A stretch of DNA of 64,000 nucleotides, from positions 198,471 to 262,470 of the IMG/VR virus record IMGVR_UViG_3300005259_000074. One strand, 5' to 3'. A program made the translations under genes and the position numbers. This document shows positions 8,849 through 18,168 of this stretch, one piece after another (within the stretch, counting starts at the first letter, position 1; each line of letters opens with the position of its first letter). Origin of the DNA: a virus (taxonomy: Duplodnaviria > Caudoviricetes). The notes beneath the pieces are model-generated. The model was not told the DNA's origin, did no database searches, and was given only the letters and a program-made list of their open reading frames with translations.

Positions 8849-10078
8849 TCAGAGGTGAGTGATAGGCTGAGAATCGACTATCTTGACGAACTTCTGCCCA
8901 TCGAATCCCTCTACTGACTTCGTCTCGTCGTTGTACTTGACAAAAGAATAGTTCGTCATCTCACCTTCACCGCGGATGAACGGCAAGACTGCTGCGACCA
9001 TGTCTCTAGCAGTGCACGTCGGTACATTCTGCGCGACCATGTTGATATTCTTGCCGTTGATCTTCACCTTAGGATTGCTGTCAACTCCTGCAAGATTCAT
9101 GTCATGTGGTAGTCCCATCAAGTGCATCCACTCTCTGACATTTATCCAGCGGTCCTTCTTAGGATGGATACCATTCCACAGCACTCGGCCTTGGACTGCG
9201 TTGATATGGGAGTTGGGGATAATTATCGTGTTATCCCAGACACCCTTTCCCTCCGCAAGTTTCATGATGAGGCGTTTGCACATCCTCAGAGTGTCTTTGT
9301 CTCCCATCTCCTCGCAAACTTTCATGAGTCCTGCGACGTAGTCAGGATTCTTGTAGATCATGCTCGTGACAGATTTGCAACCGTCGATATGGTCTCTGAA
9401 ATTCTTACCGAACTGCTTGACCATCCAGTTGTAGCTTCCGGACACATCCTCGAGCTTGTCGAATCCGTGTGTGAAGTGCTTTTGGTACGTGGCATTCTTC
9501 GGAATGTCTTTCAAATAGGCGGAAAGATCCGGAGAATCGACGTTAGGCATGACGATGCTCGGGCACTTATTGCTTTTGAAGAACACGTAGAACGTGCGGT
9601 GGCGATGCTGTGGTATGCCGTGGAGATATGTGTCAGTCTTAAGCAGCATCAAAGACCTGTTGTACTTCTTAGCGATGTCCAACAGCGCATTCTGCACTTT
9701 GACTCCCGACTGGGTGAACAACCTCGGAGCGTTCTCCCCCATCGCGACAGTCGCATCGAACCTACCGAGGGCGTCTTCAGCGCTCCTGTACACCCACTTT
9801 ATCGACTCGTACTCAGCCGAAGACTGAGAATTGAGAGAGCTAAGCGCGCTACAAGGCGGGGTCATGACGATTAAATCGTATTTCTCCGATTTTGGAGCTG
9901 TCTCAGAATCCAATGACACATATGGGACGTCTTTCCAATATTCTACGAGATTCGTATCGTGTCCTTGAAATCCATCATATGAGTAGATCATATGAGGTTT
10001 TGATCCTATGGCCTTAGATGCGCCGAGGGGAAATCCTCCTATCAGTGGAATTAGTGGTGCCCATTTGATGCCCTTCAT
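8849..10078 (-). CDS. C5-cytosine DNA methyltransferase-fold protein with atypical motif I
   Basis: TPPCS (IV), GENAP (VI), HGIPQHRHRT (VIII), RWINVRE (IX), AQNVP (X); motif I reads IPLIGG instead of FxGxGG. Confidence 0.85.
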   Translation of the reverse strand: MKGIKWAPLIPLIGGFPLGASKAIGSKPHMIYSYDGFQGHDTNLVEYWKDVPYVSLDSETAPKSEKYDLIVMTPPCSALSSLNSQSSAEYESIKWVYRSAEDALGRFDATVAMGENAPRLFTQSGVKVQNALLDIAKKYNRSLMLLKTDTYLHGIPQHRHRTFYVFFKSNKCPSIVMPNVDSPDLSAYLKDIPKNATYQKHFTHGFDKLEDVSGSYNWMVKQFGKNFRDHIDGCKSVTSMIYKNPDYVAGLMKVCEEMGDKDTLRMCKRLIMKLAEGKGVWDNTIIIPNSHINAVQGRVLWNGIHPKKDRWINVREWMHLMGLPHDMNLAGVDSNPKVKINGKNINMVAQNVPTCTARDMVAAVLPFIRGEGEMTNYSFVKYNDETKSVEGFDGQKFVKIVDSQPITHL

Positions 10079-11283
10079 TAATGCTCCTTGGTTATTGAGG
10101 CGACGGCTTTCATCACAGTGTCATCGAGATGATCGCCGTTGAAATACTTGTCAGCCATGAGGCTGTATATGTGGTCTAATATCTTATCGTACTCATCTTT
10201 GTGAGTCTCCAGATGCTCTATCCTATCCCACATCTCCTTAGGAGTGTTGACTCTGAGTATCTCGGGAACATCGAACAACTTATCGACATCGTACTTGGGG
10301 TGGAAGAACGGGATGATGCCGTAGTACAGCATCTTCCAGAATTTCTGCGTCACGAATCCCGGTAGTTTCTTGAAGAACGGTGGAATGAAAGTGTACTTAC
10401 TGTCCCAGAATATGAACTCGACGTTCTTTATAGCGCACTCCTCGAATACGCCCGGCCACTTAGCCGTGAAATCTTTATCCCACTTTCCGTATATCTTCAT
10501 GCCGTCACGGTGAGAAGGATCATTCAAGAGCCATTCTTCGACTATGCCTTGACGATCGCCTCCGCCGTTCAACCCCATGACGAACTTCGTAGACTTCTTC
10601 ATAGTCCTGAAGTCTATCTTCGGTTCATCGAGTAAGAACACTGTCTCCACTCCGGCGTATTTGAACTTGTTCTCCGCCATGCGGTACTCTTGTGAATCGT
10701 ACTTTCCTCCGGCTATCCTCCGGTTGTACTTGGTGATGTTGATCTGAGACAGGATGAATTTCTCGTCGTTCAAGATGTCTCTGGATTTCTTCGGAATATA
10801 CCGGGGGTCACCATTGATGAGGAAATACGGAACTCCCGTCATGTTGAGAGTATGATATATCGGAGCTGCATACACTTCGAACATCAACAGGCACTTGGCA
10901 TCGTGCAGTTCGCCCATCACAGTCTTCGTCCCGACGCCTGGGACGTTGATTCCACCTTCCGGCCCTTGGTATATGATTCCAGCATCGAACTTTATTCCAG
11001 TCTCCTGCACCTTTTTAAGCATCCAGTGGCACAGTTCTTTCCGGCAGTCCTTGATCCCCACTGGTATGTCTTTGAACATATCTACGATGTTATCGGGGAT
11101 GTCTATGCCGGACAGACGAGCTTTCTTGATGTCAGACCTGCCGATCAAGAAGAATTTGTCCTCCGGATGTCGGCGCGCTAGCATCGTGTACAGCAGAGGA
11201 GCTTCTTCATCTCCTGCGTACATTGACCACTTGCGTTTGTCGAAATATATCGAACGGCCGATCTTACCTATCAAGTAATTCAT
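10078..11283 (-). CDS. DNA glycosyltransferase, T4 beta-glucosyltransferase/arabinosyltransferase-like GT-B fold
   Basis: Segments GDPRY, GGGDR..IVEEWL, KIYGKW, GFVTQKFWKMLYYGIIPFFHPKYD, LRVNTPKEMWDRIEHL parallel T4 BGT TDIRL, GQRE..MVEFL, EFFG, NFITLRVWE, FYVNNRAELIDRVNEL. Confidence 0.8.
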   Translation of the reverse strand: MNYLIGKIGRSIYFDKRKWSMYAGDEEAPLLYTMLARRHPEDKFFLIGRSDIKKARLSGIDIPDNIVDMFKDIPVGIKDCRKELCHWMLKKVQETGIKFDAGIIYQGPEGGINVPGVGTKTVMGELHDAKCLLMFEVYAAPIYHTLNMTGVPYFLINGDPRYIPKKSRDILNDEKFILSQINITKYNRRIAGGKYDSQEYRMAENKFKYAGVETVFLLDEPKIDFRTMKKSTKFVMGLNGGGDRQGIVEEWLLNDPSHRDGMKIYGKWDKDFTAKWPGVFEECAIKNVEFIFWDSKYTFIPPFFKKLPGFVTQKFWKMLYYGIIPFFHPKYDVDKLFDVPEILRVNTPKEMWDRIEHLETHKDEYDKILDHIYSLMADKYFNGDHLDDTVMKAVASITKEH

Positions 11284-12875
11284 ATGAGTCCATCTTTCTT
11301 CAGTAATTTTGTCAGCATGTTCTTCCCCAAATAATACAGAAACAGGACGTAAGGCCAGTCATGCAGCGCGGCAATATTGAGGTATATGAGAGCTGTGAGG
11401 TAGTCAACCTTCTTCACGTCGTATCGGTTGCTCTTCAACCACTCGTCGAACGCCTTCTCCACTTCAACTAAACGGTGCGGTCTATCGATGTCGATGACTG
11501 CATGATTGTCATCGATATTTTTCACCATAAATTTCCCCTCGTGCACCGATTTGTGCGGGACTATCAACCCGTGCTTGAACTTCGCGAAGTCGTAGTAAGC
11601 GTCGCCAAATTCTCTGTCACCGCAGAAATTTTGCCGCCAGTCGAGGAGACCTGGTGTCCCATCATCTTTGATGATGATGTTCTCGTTGTGAAAATCTCCG
11701 TGGAACCTCGATATGTGATAGTCATTCGTTAAGAATTTCCAAGGGACTCTGTCTAGAAGATCTTTCGTGTTGTTGCCGTTGGGATCTAAGTCATTTATGA
11801 TGTCGACTTTATCAGTCATCTCGAAGTTTTTGTAGAACTCGCTAACCCTCTTGTACGTCTTGATCCTATAGAATTCATCCATGACTTTGTGTTGGTCGAC
11901 ACCAGTGATGCGAGGAGATCTCACATTCCACATCTTGTCTTTGACTTCATCGAGAACTTTGATGACGTTGACGTCATTGACGACGTCGGACATGATGGTT
12001 CCCTCTATCAATTCATAGGTGTAGCAATACTCGTTGTGGGACAGCAGTTGGGGGAGAAGTTCTATCGGAAGATTCAGCATCCTCTCGACTCTGTCGGAAA
12101 TGAACTTCTTATCGACTGAGAACTTGATGACTTTGTCATCATGAAACCAGATGGCTTCTCCGTCTTTCTCCAATATGTTATGCTCAGTGTCTCTGAACTT
12201 CTTCTTAGCGGCTTCGAGGGCCAGCACGTTTCCCGTGTCGTACCATTCTCTGATCTCAACCCCCTTAATGTTGGTCAACGACTTGAGCGCATAAGACTCA
12301 CCCACAGGCACAGCTTCACTCTCATGCATGTGCTTCCAGAACAGCTGATAGTCTTTAACACCACAGAGTCCGATGTAAGCGTTGCGGGCGCCAAAAGCGT
12401 CTTTGGGATTTATAGAAGCCACGTTCCCGACATCATCGAGTGTGATGGTCCGATACTTTGATGCATCGGATTTCGCGTCGAGAACGTAATACGCCATCCA
12501 ATTGTTGCGAGTTGGATCGAAATCAATCACATCTTTCGCTATAGTGTCATTGGAACAGAATACGAATGGACACTGCAGTTCGCTCTCTGCTGACAAAAGG
12601 GTGTAGCCTAGGCCGGACTTAGGTCCTTCGTAGTCGTCGACTGTGACAAAAGTCTTGTTGACATGGGGGAATATCTGCTCTACTACGGCCTTAACCATGT
12701 CACCTTTGTACCCGAGTATGATGACGAACTCGTCAGCGTGAGGGAAAGACTCGATGATGTGCGCGATGACCGGGATCTGCCCGATAGTCAACAGCGCTTT
12801 ATTGATGTTCTTCGAGTAGTCTCTGACCCTCGTCCCAAGACCGGCAGTCGGAATGACGACTTTATACTTACTCAA
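11280..12875 (-). CDS. Fused sugar-phosphate nucleotidyltransferase and aminoglycoside/choline-kinase-like sugar kinase
   Basis: N-term VVIPTAGLGTRV..NKAL, CSND, WYDTG; C-term FHGDFHNENI..LLDWRQ..GDAYYDFAK. Confidence 0.9.
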   Translation of the reverse strand: MSKYKVVIPTAGLGTRVRDYSKNINKALLTIGQIPVIAHIIESFPHADEFVIILGYKGDMVKAVVEQIFPHVNKTFVTVDDYEGPKSGLGYTLLSAESELQCPFVFCSNDTIAKDVIDFDPTRNNWMAYYVLDAKSDASKYRTITLDDVGNVASINPKDAFGARNAYIGLCGVKDYQLFWKHMHESEAVPVGESYALKSLTNIKGVEIREWYDTGNVLALEAAKKKFRDTEHNILEKDGEAIWFHDDKVIKFSVDKKFISDRVERMLNLPIELLPQLLSHNEYCYTYELIEGTIMSDVVNDVNVIKVLDEVKDKMWNVRSPRITGVDQHKVMDEFYRIKTYKRVSEFYKNFEMTDKVDIINDLDPNGNNTKDLLDRVPWKFLTNDYHISRFHGDFHNENIIIKDDGTPGLLDWRQNFCGDREFGDAYYDFAKFKHGLIVPHKSVHEGKFMVKNIDDNHAVIDIDRPHRLVEVEKAFDEWLKSNRYDVKKVDYLTALIYLNIAALHDWPYVLFLYYLGKNMLTKLLKKDGLI

Positions 12876-13630
12876 AGTGCTTCTCCTATGAGTTTTCTCA
12901 AGTTGCAGATATTCTGGTGTATAGTGTTCCGTCGATCATCTCTGTTAGACGGAAGATTCTTAAAGATTGTCGAGGTCCCACACACGATGTTGTTGAATGC
13001 CATATTGGTGATGTCCTTGACAGTAGTAGGTTTCACCCCACCATCTAGCTGTATCATGTCGAGTTCTTTGCCGAAACGAGCATTCATCTCCCTACCGATA
13101 GTTATCGCGTGGAATTCGCGTGAAGTCTGGACCAACACGCCCGGGTGTATGCCCATCATGACCAGCATGTTGATCTCGTTAGCTCCGATGACGTAATCGA
13201 GATGGTGGTAGTTGGACGTCAAGTTCATTGCGATGCCGGGTTTCTTTCCTCCAGCGCGGATCCTATCGCACAGCCGATAGGTGTTCTCCTCGTTTCCATC
13301 AAAATGGAAATTGATGTACTCGACATTAGCTATCTTAGTGAATGCATCTATGGCCAGTGTTGGTTCATCGACCATCAGGTGGACATCCATCGGGATATCA
13401 GTAGTGTCAGCGATGCGCGATGCGATTTCAGGATATATCCCGTAACGTGGGACATAGTGTCCGTCCATCACGTCAATGTGCATGTAGTCGACACCAGCGT
13501 CGACGCATGTCTTCACGTCTTCACCAAGCGTCATCGGATCCATGCATATGACTGACACTGATATGAAATTCTTGTCTATCATCGCATCACTCCAAAATTG
13601 AATGGTTGTAGCTGATCCATCTAGCATCAA
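12872..13630 (-). CDS. rpe: Ribulose-phosphate 3-epimerase family protein (Rpe/AlsE)
   Basis: HIDVMDGHYVP, DVHLMV, YINFH, MGIHPG, QLDGGV motifs. Confidence 0.92.
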   Translation of the reverse strand: MMLDGSATTIQFWSDAMIDKNFISVSVICMDPMTLGEDVKTCVDAGVDYMHIDVMDGHYVPRYGIYPEIASRIADTTDIPMDVHLMVDEPTLAIDAFTKIANVEYINFHFDGNEENTYRLCDRIRAGGKKPGIAMNLTSNYHHLDYVIGANEINMLVMMGIHPGVLVQTSREFHAITIGREMNARFGKELDMIQLDGGVKPTTVKDITNMAFNNIVCGTSTIFKNLPSNRDDRRNTIHQNICNLRKLIGEAL

Positions 13631-14129
13631 GCTGAAGGTCTTTCACTATATCGTGAGCCATAGCGTCGAACAGAACGAATGTGAACTGCTCAAATGCAGT
13701 CTTCATCATCTGTTTGGACTTGAAATCACCATAAGTGAGACACACTGAAGACAACTTTCCGATCGGTGTGTCGCTCGATGAGCACACCGATATGATCGTC
13801 GCTCCAGCATCTTTAGCCTGGGATGCCAGCAGTGCGATCGTCGGAGTAGATCCGGAAGATGAATTGACGATCACCAAATCACCGGAGCCCACTCGTGGGA
13901 CTACGGTGTCGCCGATGAACGTCGCATCATAACCGATGTGTCCCAACCTCATGATGAAAGCTCTGAGAGAGTAACCCATGCGACCTGCGCCCAGACCGAC
14001 GATCTTCTTATCGATTCCTTTTCTGATCTTCAGCTCTCCGATGAAATCCTTGTATTTCACTTCATCCAACGATTCATACAATTCGGTCATCTCGTTGATA
14101 GATGTCAGGAAACTGCCTCCGGTGATCAC
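13587..14129 (-). CDS. SIS-domain phosphosugar isomerase, HxlB/PHI-like
   Basis: GAGRMGYSLRAFIMRLGHIG..IGDTVVP..GDLVIVNSSSGST..FEQ. Confidence 0.88.
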   Translation of the reverse strand: MITGGSFLTSINEMTELYESLDEVKYKDFIGELKIRKGIDKKIVGLGAGRMGYSLRAFIMRLGHIGYDATFIGDTVVPRVGSGDLVIVNSSSGSTPTIALLASQAKDAGATIISVCSSSDTPIGKLSSVCLTYGDFKSKQMMKTAFEQFTFVLFDAMAHDIVKDLQLDARWISYNHSILE

Positions 14130-14623
14130 TTGTTCATCTCCTTTATTATCATCTGAGCTACATAGAATAACACACCCTCTCCTCCTCCGACTGGAAGTAT
14201 CTTCACATTAGAAGGAAGATCGATGAATCTAGTGCGCGACGCCGTGTCTATCAGAGAGTTCTTCGGAGCGAAACCGACCTCACACAACTTCATTGCTTCT
14301 ACGTCATAATAGCCATCGCCGACAAAAGCTACTCCAGAATATGGATCTCCATTGATTATGTCGCTGATGAACTTAATTCTCTCAGATTCAGACACTTGGT
14401 GTGATTCTACTTTCATGTCAATAAGACGACACTCAGTGATAGGCCAACCGCGCTTGTCAGCTGATATGGCTATGATGTTGATACCAGCGTTTCTTAACAT
14501 CTTCACGCCATCAGCGTCATGTGCGCCAAATGTCTTTGACTGTTTACCGTCTTTGGTGTAGACGAAACGTCCATCAGTCAGAACACCGTCTACGTCGGTG
14601 ATCACAGTCTTAATGTGCAGCAT
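14126..14623 (-). CDS. HAD-superfamily sugar phosphatase, KdsC-like
   Basis: ITDVDGVLTDG, AFVGDGYYD, GGGEG. Confidence 0.92.
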   Translation of the reverse strand: MLHIKTVITDVDGVLTDGRFVYTKDGKQSKTFGAHDADGVKMLRNAGINIIAISADKRGWPITECRLIDMKVESHQVSESERIKFISDIINGDPYSGVAFVGDGYYDVEAMKLCEVGFAPKNSLIDTASRTRFIDLPSNVKILPVGGGEGVLFYVAQMIIKEMNK

Positions 14624-14692
14624 TCAACATTCTCCGAGATTCATTGACGAGATTATAATACCTTCAAAACAGCGGATTTGAATAGAAGTCAA

Positions 14693-17287
14693 TCACAAAG
14701 AGTTGATATCTGACACTTCTTCTTTAGTCGGGTCAAAGCTCTTCCAATTGTGGTTCCTCTCGAATCCCTTCAGAGGACTGAGCACGACTTTCTCGAACAT
14801 GGTCATGTAATCTATCGCAAACATCTCGTCGAACTCGGTCGGCCACGTGTCTTTCCAACCTATGACCTCTATGCCGTAGTCGTTCCTCTTCACGTAGACG
14901 TACCTCAGCCTATCACCTGGCTGTATAGTCTGGTACTTATGCGCTAAGTTCAACTTCTCAACGAGTTGGTTGTAATATATCGCACCTTTTGCATGAGCTC
15001 CCGCGCCCTTCCCAGCTTTCAAGAACCCAATGACTTCTTTCTCCGTAGAGTAGTTCTTAATGTATCCCAGGTCTTCAGGCTTCATAGAGGTGAACGCGTT
15101 CCACGTCGATGATATGAAATCTCTGTACTGGGATGAAGTCCATTTTTCAGTCATTCCCCGCTTTATCGCATCTGCTAAGATGCCTTTGACTTTGAACGGC
15201 AGTTCGTTCTTCTTGACATCTACACCGACGAATTTGAACTTGTCGACCGAGAGACCTTCTAGATCTCTCAAGTGGAGGACGTAGTGTTTCTTCGCGATGA
15301 AGTCTCCTTCGCTGCACAGAGTCTCCCTTTTGAACTCGATTCGTTTCAGAGGAGAACCGAATATCTCCTTAGTCACCCTGAAACAGTTCTCATTCATTCT
15401 ATTGACAAAATTGTCATCCAACTCTCTGCATATCTTCTGGATGTTTGTCTTCGTCCATTTGACGTCGCCGGAACCTACTACCTTCTCTGTCATCTTACTT
15501 AAGTCAAGATATAGACTGTCCGTGTCGCCAGCAATGACGATATCTGAAGTAGCACTATACATCTCAGAAAACAACTTGTTAGCATACTCAGCTGATTCTT
15601 TGATGATCCTCTGACCGGATAGAGTAACAGCTTCAGCGTTGTCTAGGTCGTATAGAGGAAAGTGCTCACTACCTACTTGTCCATAGATGCTGTTCAAGAA
15701 GACTTTGTACGCGCCTTGAATGATGTCGTGCTGGTCGGCTTGCTTCTTCAGTTCTTTAATCTGCGTGTCATCTTTAGACATTCCATTCTCGATCAGCGCT
15801 TGTGCTTTCTTCTGAAAAGTCTGAGCTTGTTTTTTATGACTCTTCCTAGAATCATACAGTTTCTCGAGGAAAGATGGAATGATGCCTTTCTTCACATCTG
15901 GAAGAATGTAGAGAACTTTGTTGTTTGAGATGATCGACTTCGTGCGAAGAGCAGCAAACTCGTCTTTCGACAGTCGCTTGATCTTTCCGTCGGCTTTCTT
16001 TATCTCGACGTAACCGTCCATCTCCTGTGTGACTTTGCCTATCTTGGTCTCAGGAGATATGTTGAGAGTTATCATCGTGTTCGGGTACAGAGAGTTCAAG
16101 TCGAGGGATGTCACCCCTTTGTCGAAGAATCCGACTTGCGGCTCGAAGACAAATGCGCCTTCGAACCCCTCGTTCTGACCTTTATCATCTCTCGAATCAG
16201 ATAGCAGTTTCACGCCGTTCTTTCGCGCCTGGATCGTGAGAGCTCCGTAGATGTAGGGCTGAGACTTGAAGATGTTCTCATATTCGACTAACCCCATGTT
16301 GCATATGTATCGAGTCAGATCAATGAATTTCTTCTTCTTGTCTAACTTCACGCACAACTCTACGTCTCGCACGTTGTACTTGACGAAGAGGTCGAAGTCT
16401 TTCTCGGCGAACTCTCTGATAGTGTCGTATGGATTCTTTATCTTAGTCACACCCAGTTCATCAGCGCAGATGTCGCCGAGTTTGTACGACTCTTTCGATC
16501 CAAGCTCGAACTTCGCTTTGTAGAGGATGTAGTAGTCGAGGATAGACACTCCAGTCACCTTATAAGACGCTATCGGCATCGAGTCTCCCCGCTGCTCGCG
16601 GTAGCTCTTCCTCACTTCTCCGAGGGGGGACAAGACGTTGATCGCTCCATCGTCTAGTATCTTGTCGCAGCGGTTGACTAAGTAAGGCAAGTCGAACCGC
16701 TCGACGTTCCACCCACTCAGTACGTCCGGACAGTTGTCTTTCCACCACGAGAGGAAAGATTTCAACAGTTCTGTCTCGTCGTCAAAGCAGAGCAGTTCTG
16801 TCGGCACTTCACTGCCAGACAAGTCGGCTGTCCCGAGAGTCCACGTGTGATACTTTTCACTCAGCGTGTCAAACACTGTTATCACGTTGACGGGTTCTTT
16901 GGCTTCTTCTGGCTCCGGGAATGCGTTCTTGACTTGCACTTCTATGTCCAGAAAGAACGTCCTGAGGGGGAAAGATGCGAAAGCTGGAGAATCTATCACA
17001 TTCTCAAACTGCTGGACTAGGAATTCTCTGGCAGGGGGAAGACACTCGAATATCCTACAATCTGGATTCTGGTTGAGCCACTTGCGGCGCAATGATATGT
17101 TGGTGAAGTCTTTCCTGCGCAGCATGGTGCTGAACATCGATTTCACCGAACCCCTGATGTCTTCGTAATAGAGGTACGAATTGTGGGGGAACACTCTGGT
17201 GACGCGGTTGCCGTTCTCGTCCCACGTGAACAGCACGATTTCACCCTGGAACGAATCATTGATCCTGTAATGGATGTTTCGGTACAT
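14693..17287 (-). CDS. gp43: Family B DNA polymerase (gp43)
   Basis: Exo DIEV, GWNVERFD, YNVRD; pol DLNSLYP, KVFLNSIYG, AGDTDS, KKHY. Confidence 0.98.
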   Translation of the reverse strand: MYRNIHYRINDSFQGEIVLFTWDENGNRVTRVFPHNSYLYYEDIRGSVKSMFSTMLRRKDFTNISLRRKWLNQNPDCRIFECLPPAREFLVQQFENVIDSPAFASFPLRTFFLDIEVQVKNAFPEPEEAKEPVNVITVFDTLSEKYHTWTLGTADLSGSEVPTELLCFDDETELLKSFLSWWKDNCPDVLSGWNVERFDLPYLVNRCDKILDDGAINVLSPLGEVRKSYREQRGDSMPIASYKVTGVSILDYYILYKAKFELGSKESYKLGDICADELGVTKIKNPYDTIREFAEKDFDLFVKYNVRDVELCVKLDKKKKFIDLTRYICNMGLVEYENIFKSQPYIYGALTIQARKNGVKLLSDSRDDKGQNEGFEGAFVFEPQVGFFDKGVTSLDLNSLYPNTMITLNISPETKIGKVTQEMDGYVEIKKADGKIKRLSKDEFAALRTKSIISNNKVLYILPDVKKGIIPSFLEKLYDSRKSHKKQAQTFQKKAQALIENGMSKDDTQIKELKKQADQHDIIQGAYKVFLNSIYGQVGSEHFPLYDLDNAEAVTLSGQRIIKESAEYANKLFSEMYSATSDIVIAGDTDSLYLDLSKMTEKVVGSGDVKWTKTNIQKICRELDDNFVNRMNENCFRVTKEIFGSPLKRIEFKRETLCSEGDFIAKKHYVLHLRDLEGLSVDKFKFVGVDVKKNELPFKVKGILADAIKRGMTEKWTSSQYRDFISSTWNAFTSMKPEDLGYIKNYSTEKEVIGFLKAGKGAGAHAKGAIYYNQLVEKLNLAHKYQTIQPGDRLRYVYVKRNDYGIEVIGWKDTWPTEFDEMFAIDYMTMFEKVVLSPLKGFERNHNWKSFDPTKEEVSDINSL

Positions 17288-17325
17288 TAACTCTCCTGTT
17301 TTCCAGTTAGAATACAGCTAGAAGC

Positions 17326-18168
17326 TCAGATGCTGTCGAGGACTTTTCTGATTTCTTCTTCGAAGCGGCATTCCTTCAAAATGCTGACGATCTTGGAGAA
17401 CTTATCAGATGGAATTCGCTGAAAATCAGTTGAACCACCGTTGGCGAAATAAGATACGGTGTCAGAAGAAGTAGACAGTCTGAAATAGTTATTGCCTTTC
17501 AGGAAGTCTAGGCTGAAATTTATCGACAACCCGGATGTATCATTTGCGGCGTTGTCATAACTTATTCCCGGTGGGTTGACGAGGTAGTAGTGCTTGTAGT
17601 TCTTTCCTAAGAGGCGCTTGAGCTTCAGGAGTCCACCCCAGAAATACTCGAGGTCTGGCGGTTCCGTCCAGCCGAACTGACCGTAGTGCTTTGGGTCTTT
17701 CCTGAGCAAGTTGGACCTGTACCCGGAGATAGACAGGGGGTGGTCAACCCAAACTGGGCGCTTCACGTAGGCATTCACATACGCTATCTTCGGTAAGTAG
17801 TCTTTGGTGACGTCGAGGTCTTCGTATTCTTTGAACAGCTGGATAGACACTATGGCCGCGGTGTTGGGTCCTGTAGCTGGATTCGGCGAGGACATCAGAG
17901 CTGATGCTTCGTCGAGCATCTTTCGCGCAAGATTCTCCCTGTAACCTCTAGCTCGGAATTCGTTGCAGCAGATGAAAAAATAGGCGACTAACGCCTGAGA
18001 ATATCCTTGCCACATCACGAAAGCGGGATGTCTTCTCCACGCCTTCTTCTCTCTGTCGAGCAAGAGGTGTATCATCTGATAGCACTCTAGCCGTTGCTTT
18101 CCGAGCCTCTTAGTGTCCAGACACCTGACGCTAGAGAGAAAGTTGTCGTAAGGCATGAATGTATTCAC
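17326..18168 (-). CDS. Pyrimidine-dimer DNA glycosylase/DenV-superfamily protein with C-terminal extension
   Basis: MNTFMPY..LDTKRLGKQRLECYQ..WRRHPAFVMWQGY..SNLLRKDP..Y. Confidence 0.75.
   Translation of the reverse strand: MNTFMPYDNFLSSVRCLDTKRLGKQRLECYQMIHLLLDREKKAWRRHPAFVMWQGYSQALVAYFFICCNEFRARGYRENLARKMLDEASALMSSPNPATGPNTAAIVSIQLFKEYEDLDVTKDYLPKIAYVNAYVKRPVWVDHPLSISGYRSNLLRKDPKHYGQFGWTEPPDLEYFWGGLLKLKRLLGKNYKHYYLVNPPGISYDNAANDTSGLSINFSLDFLKGNNYFRLSTSSDTVSYFANGGSTDFQRIPSDKFSKIVSILKECRFEEEIRKVLDSI

Noticed and set aside
14693-17287. Inteins or introns in polymerase, helicase, terminase or topoisomerase
   Set aside because: Protein lengths and motif spacing are continuous; no Hint or homing-endonuclease insertions seen
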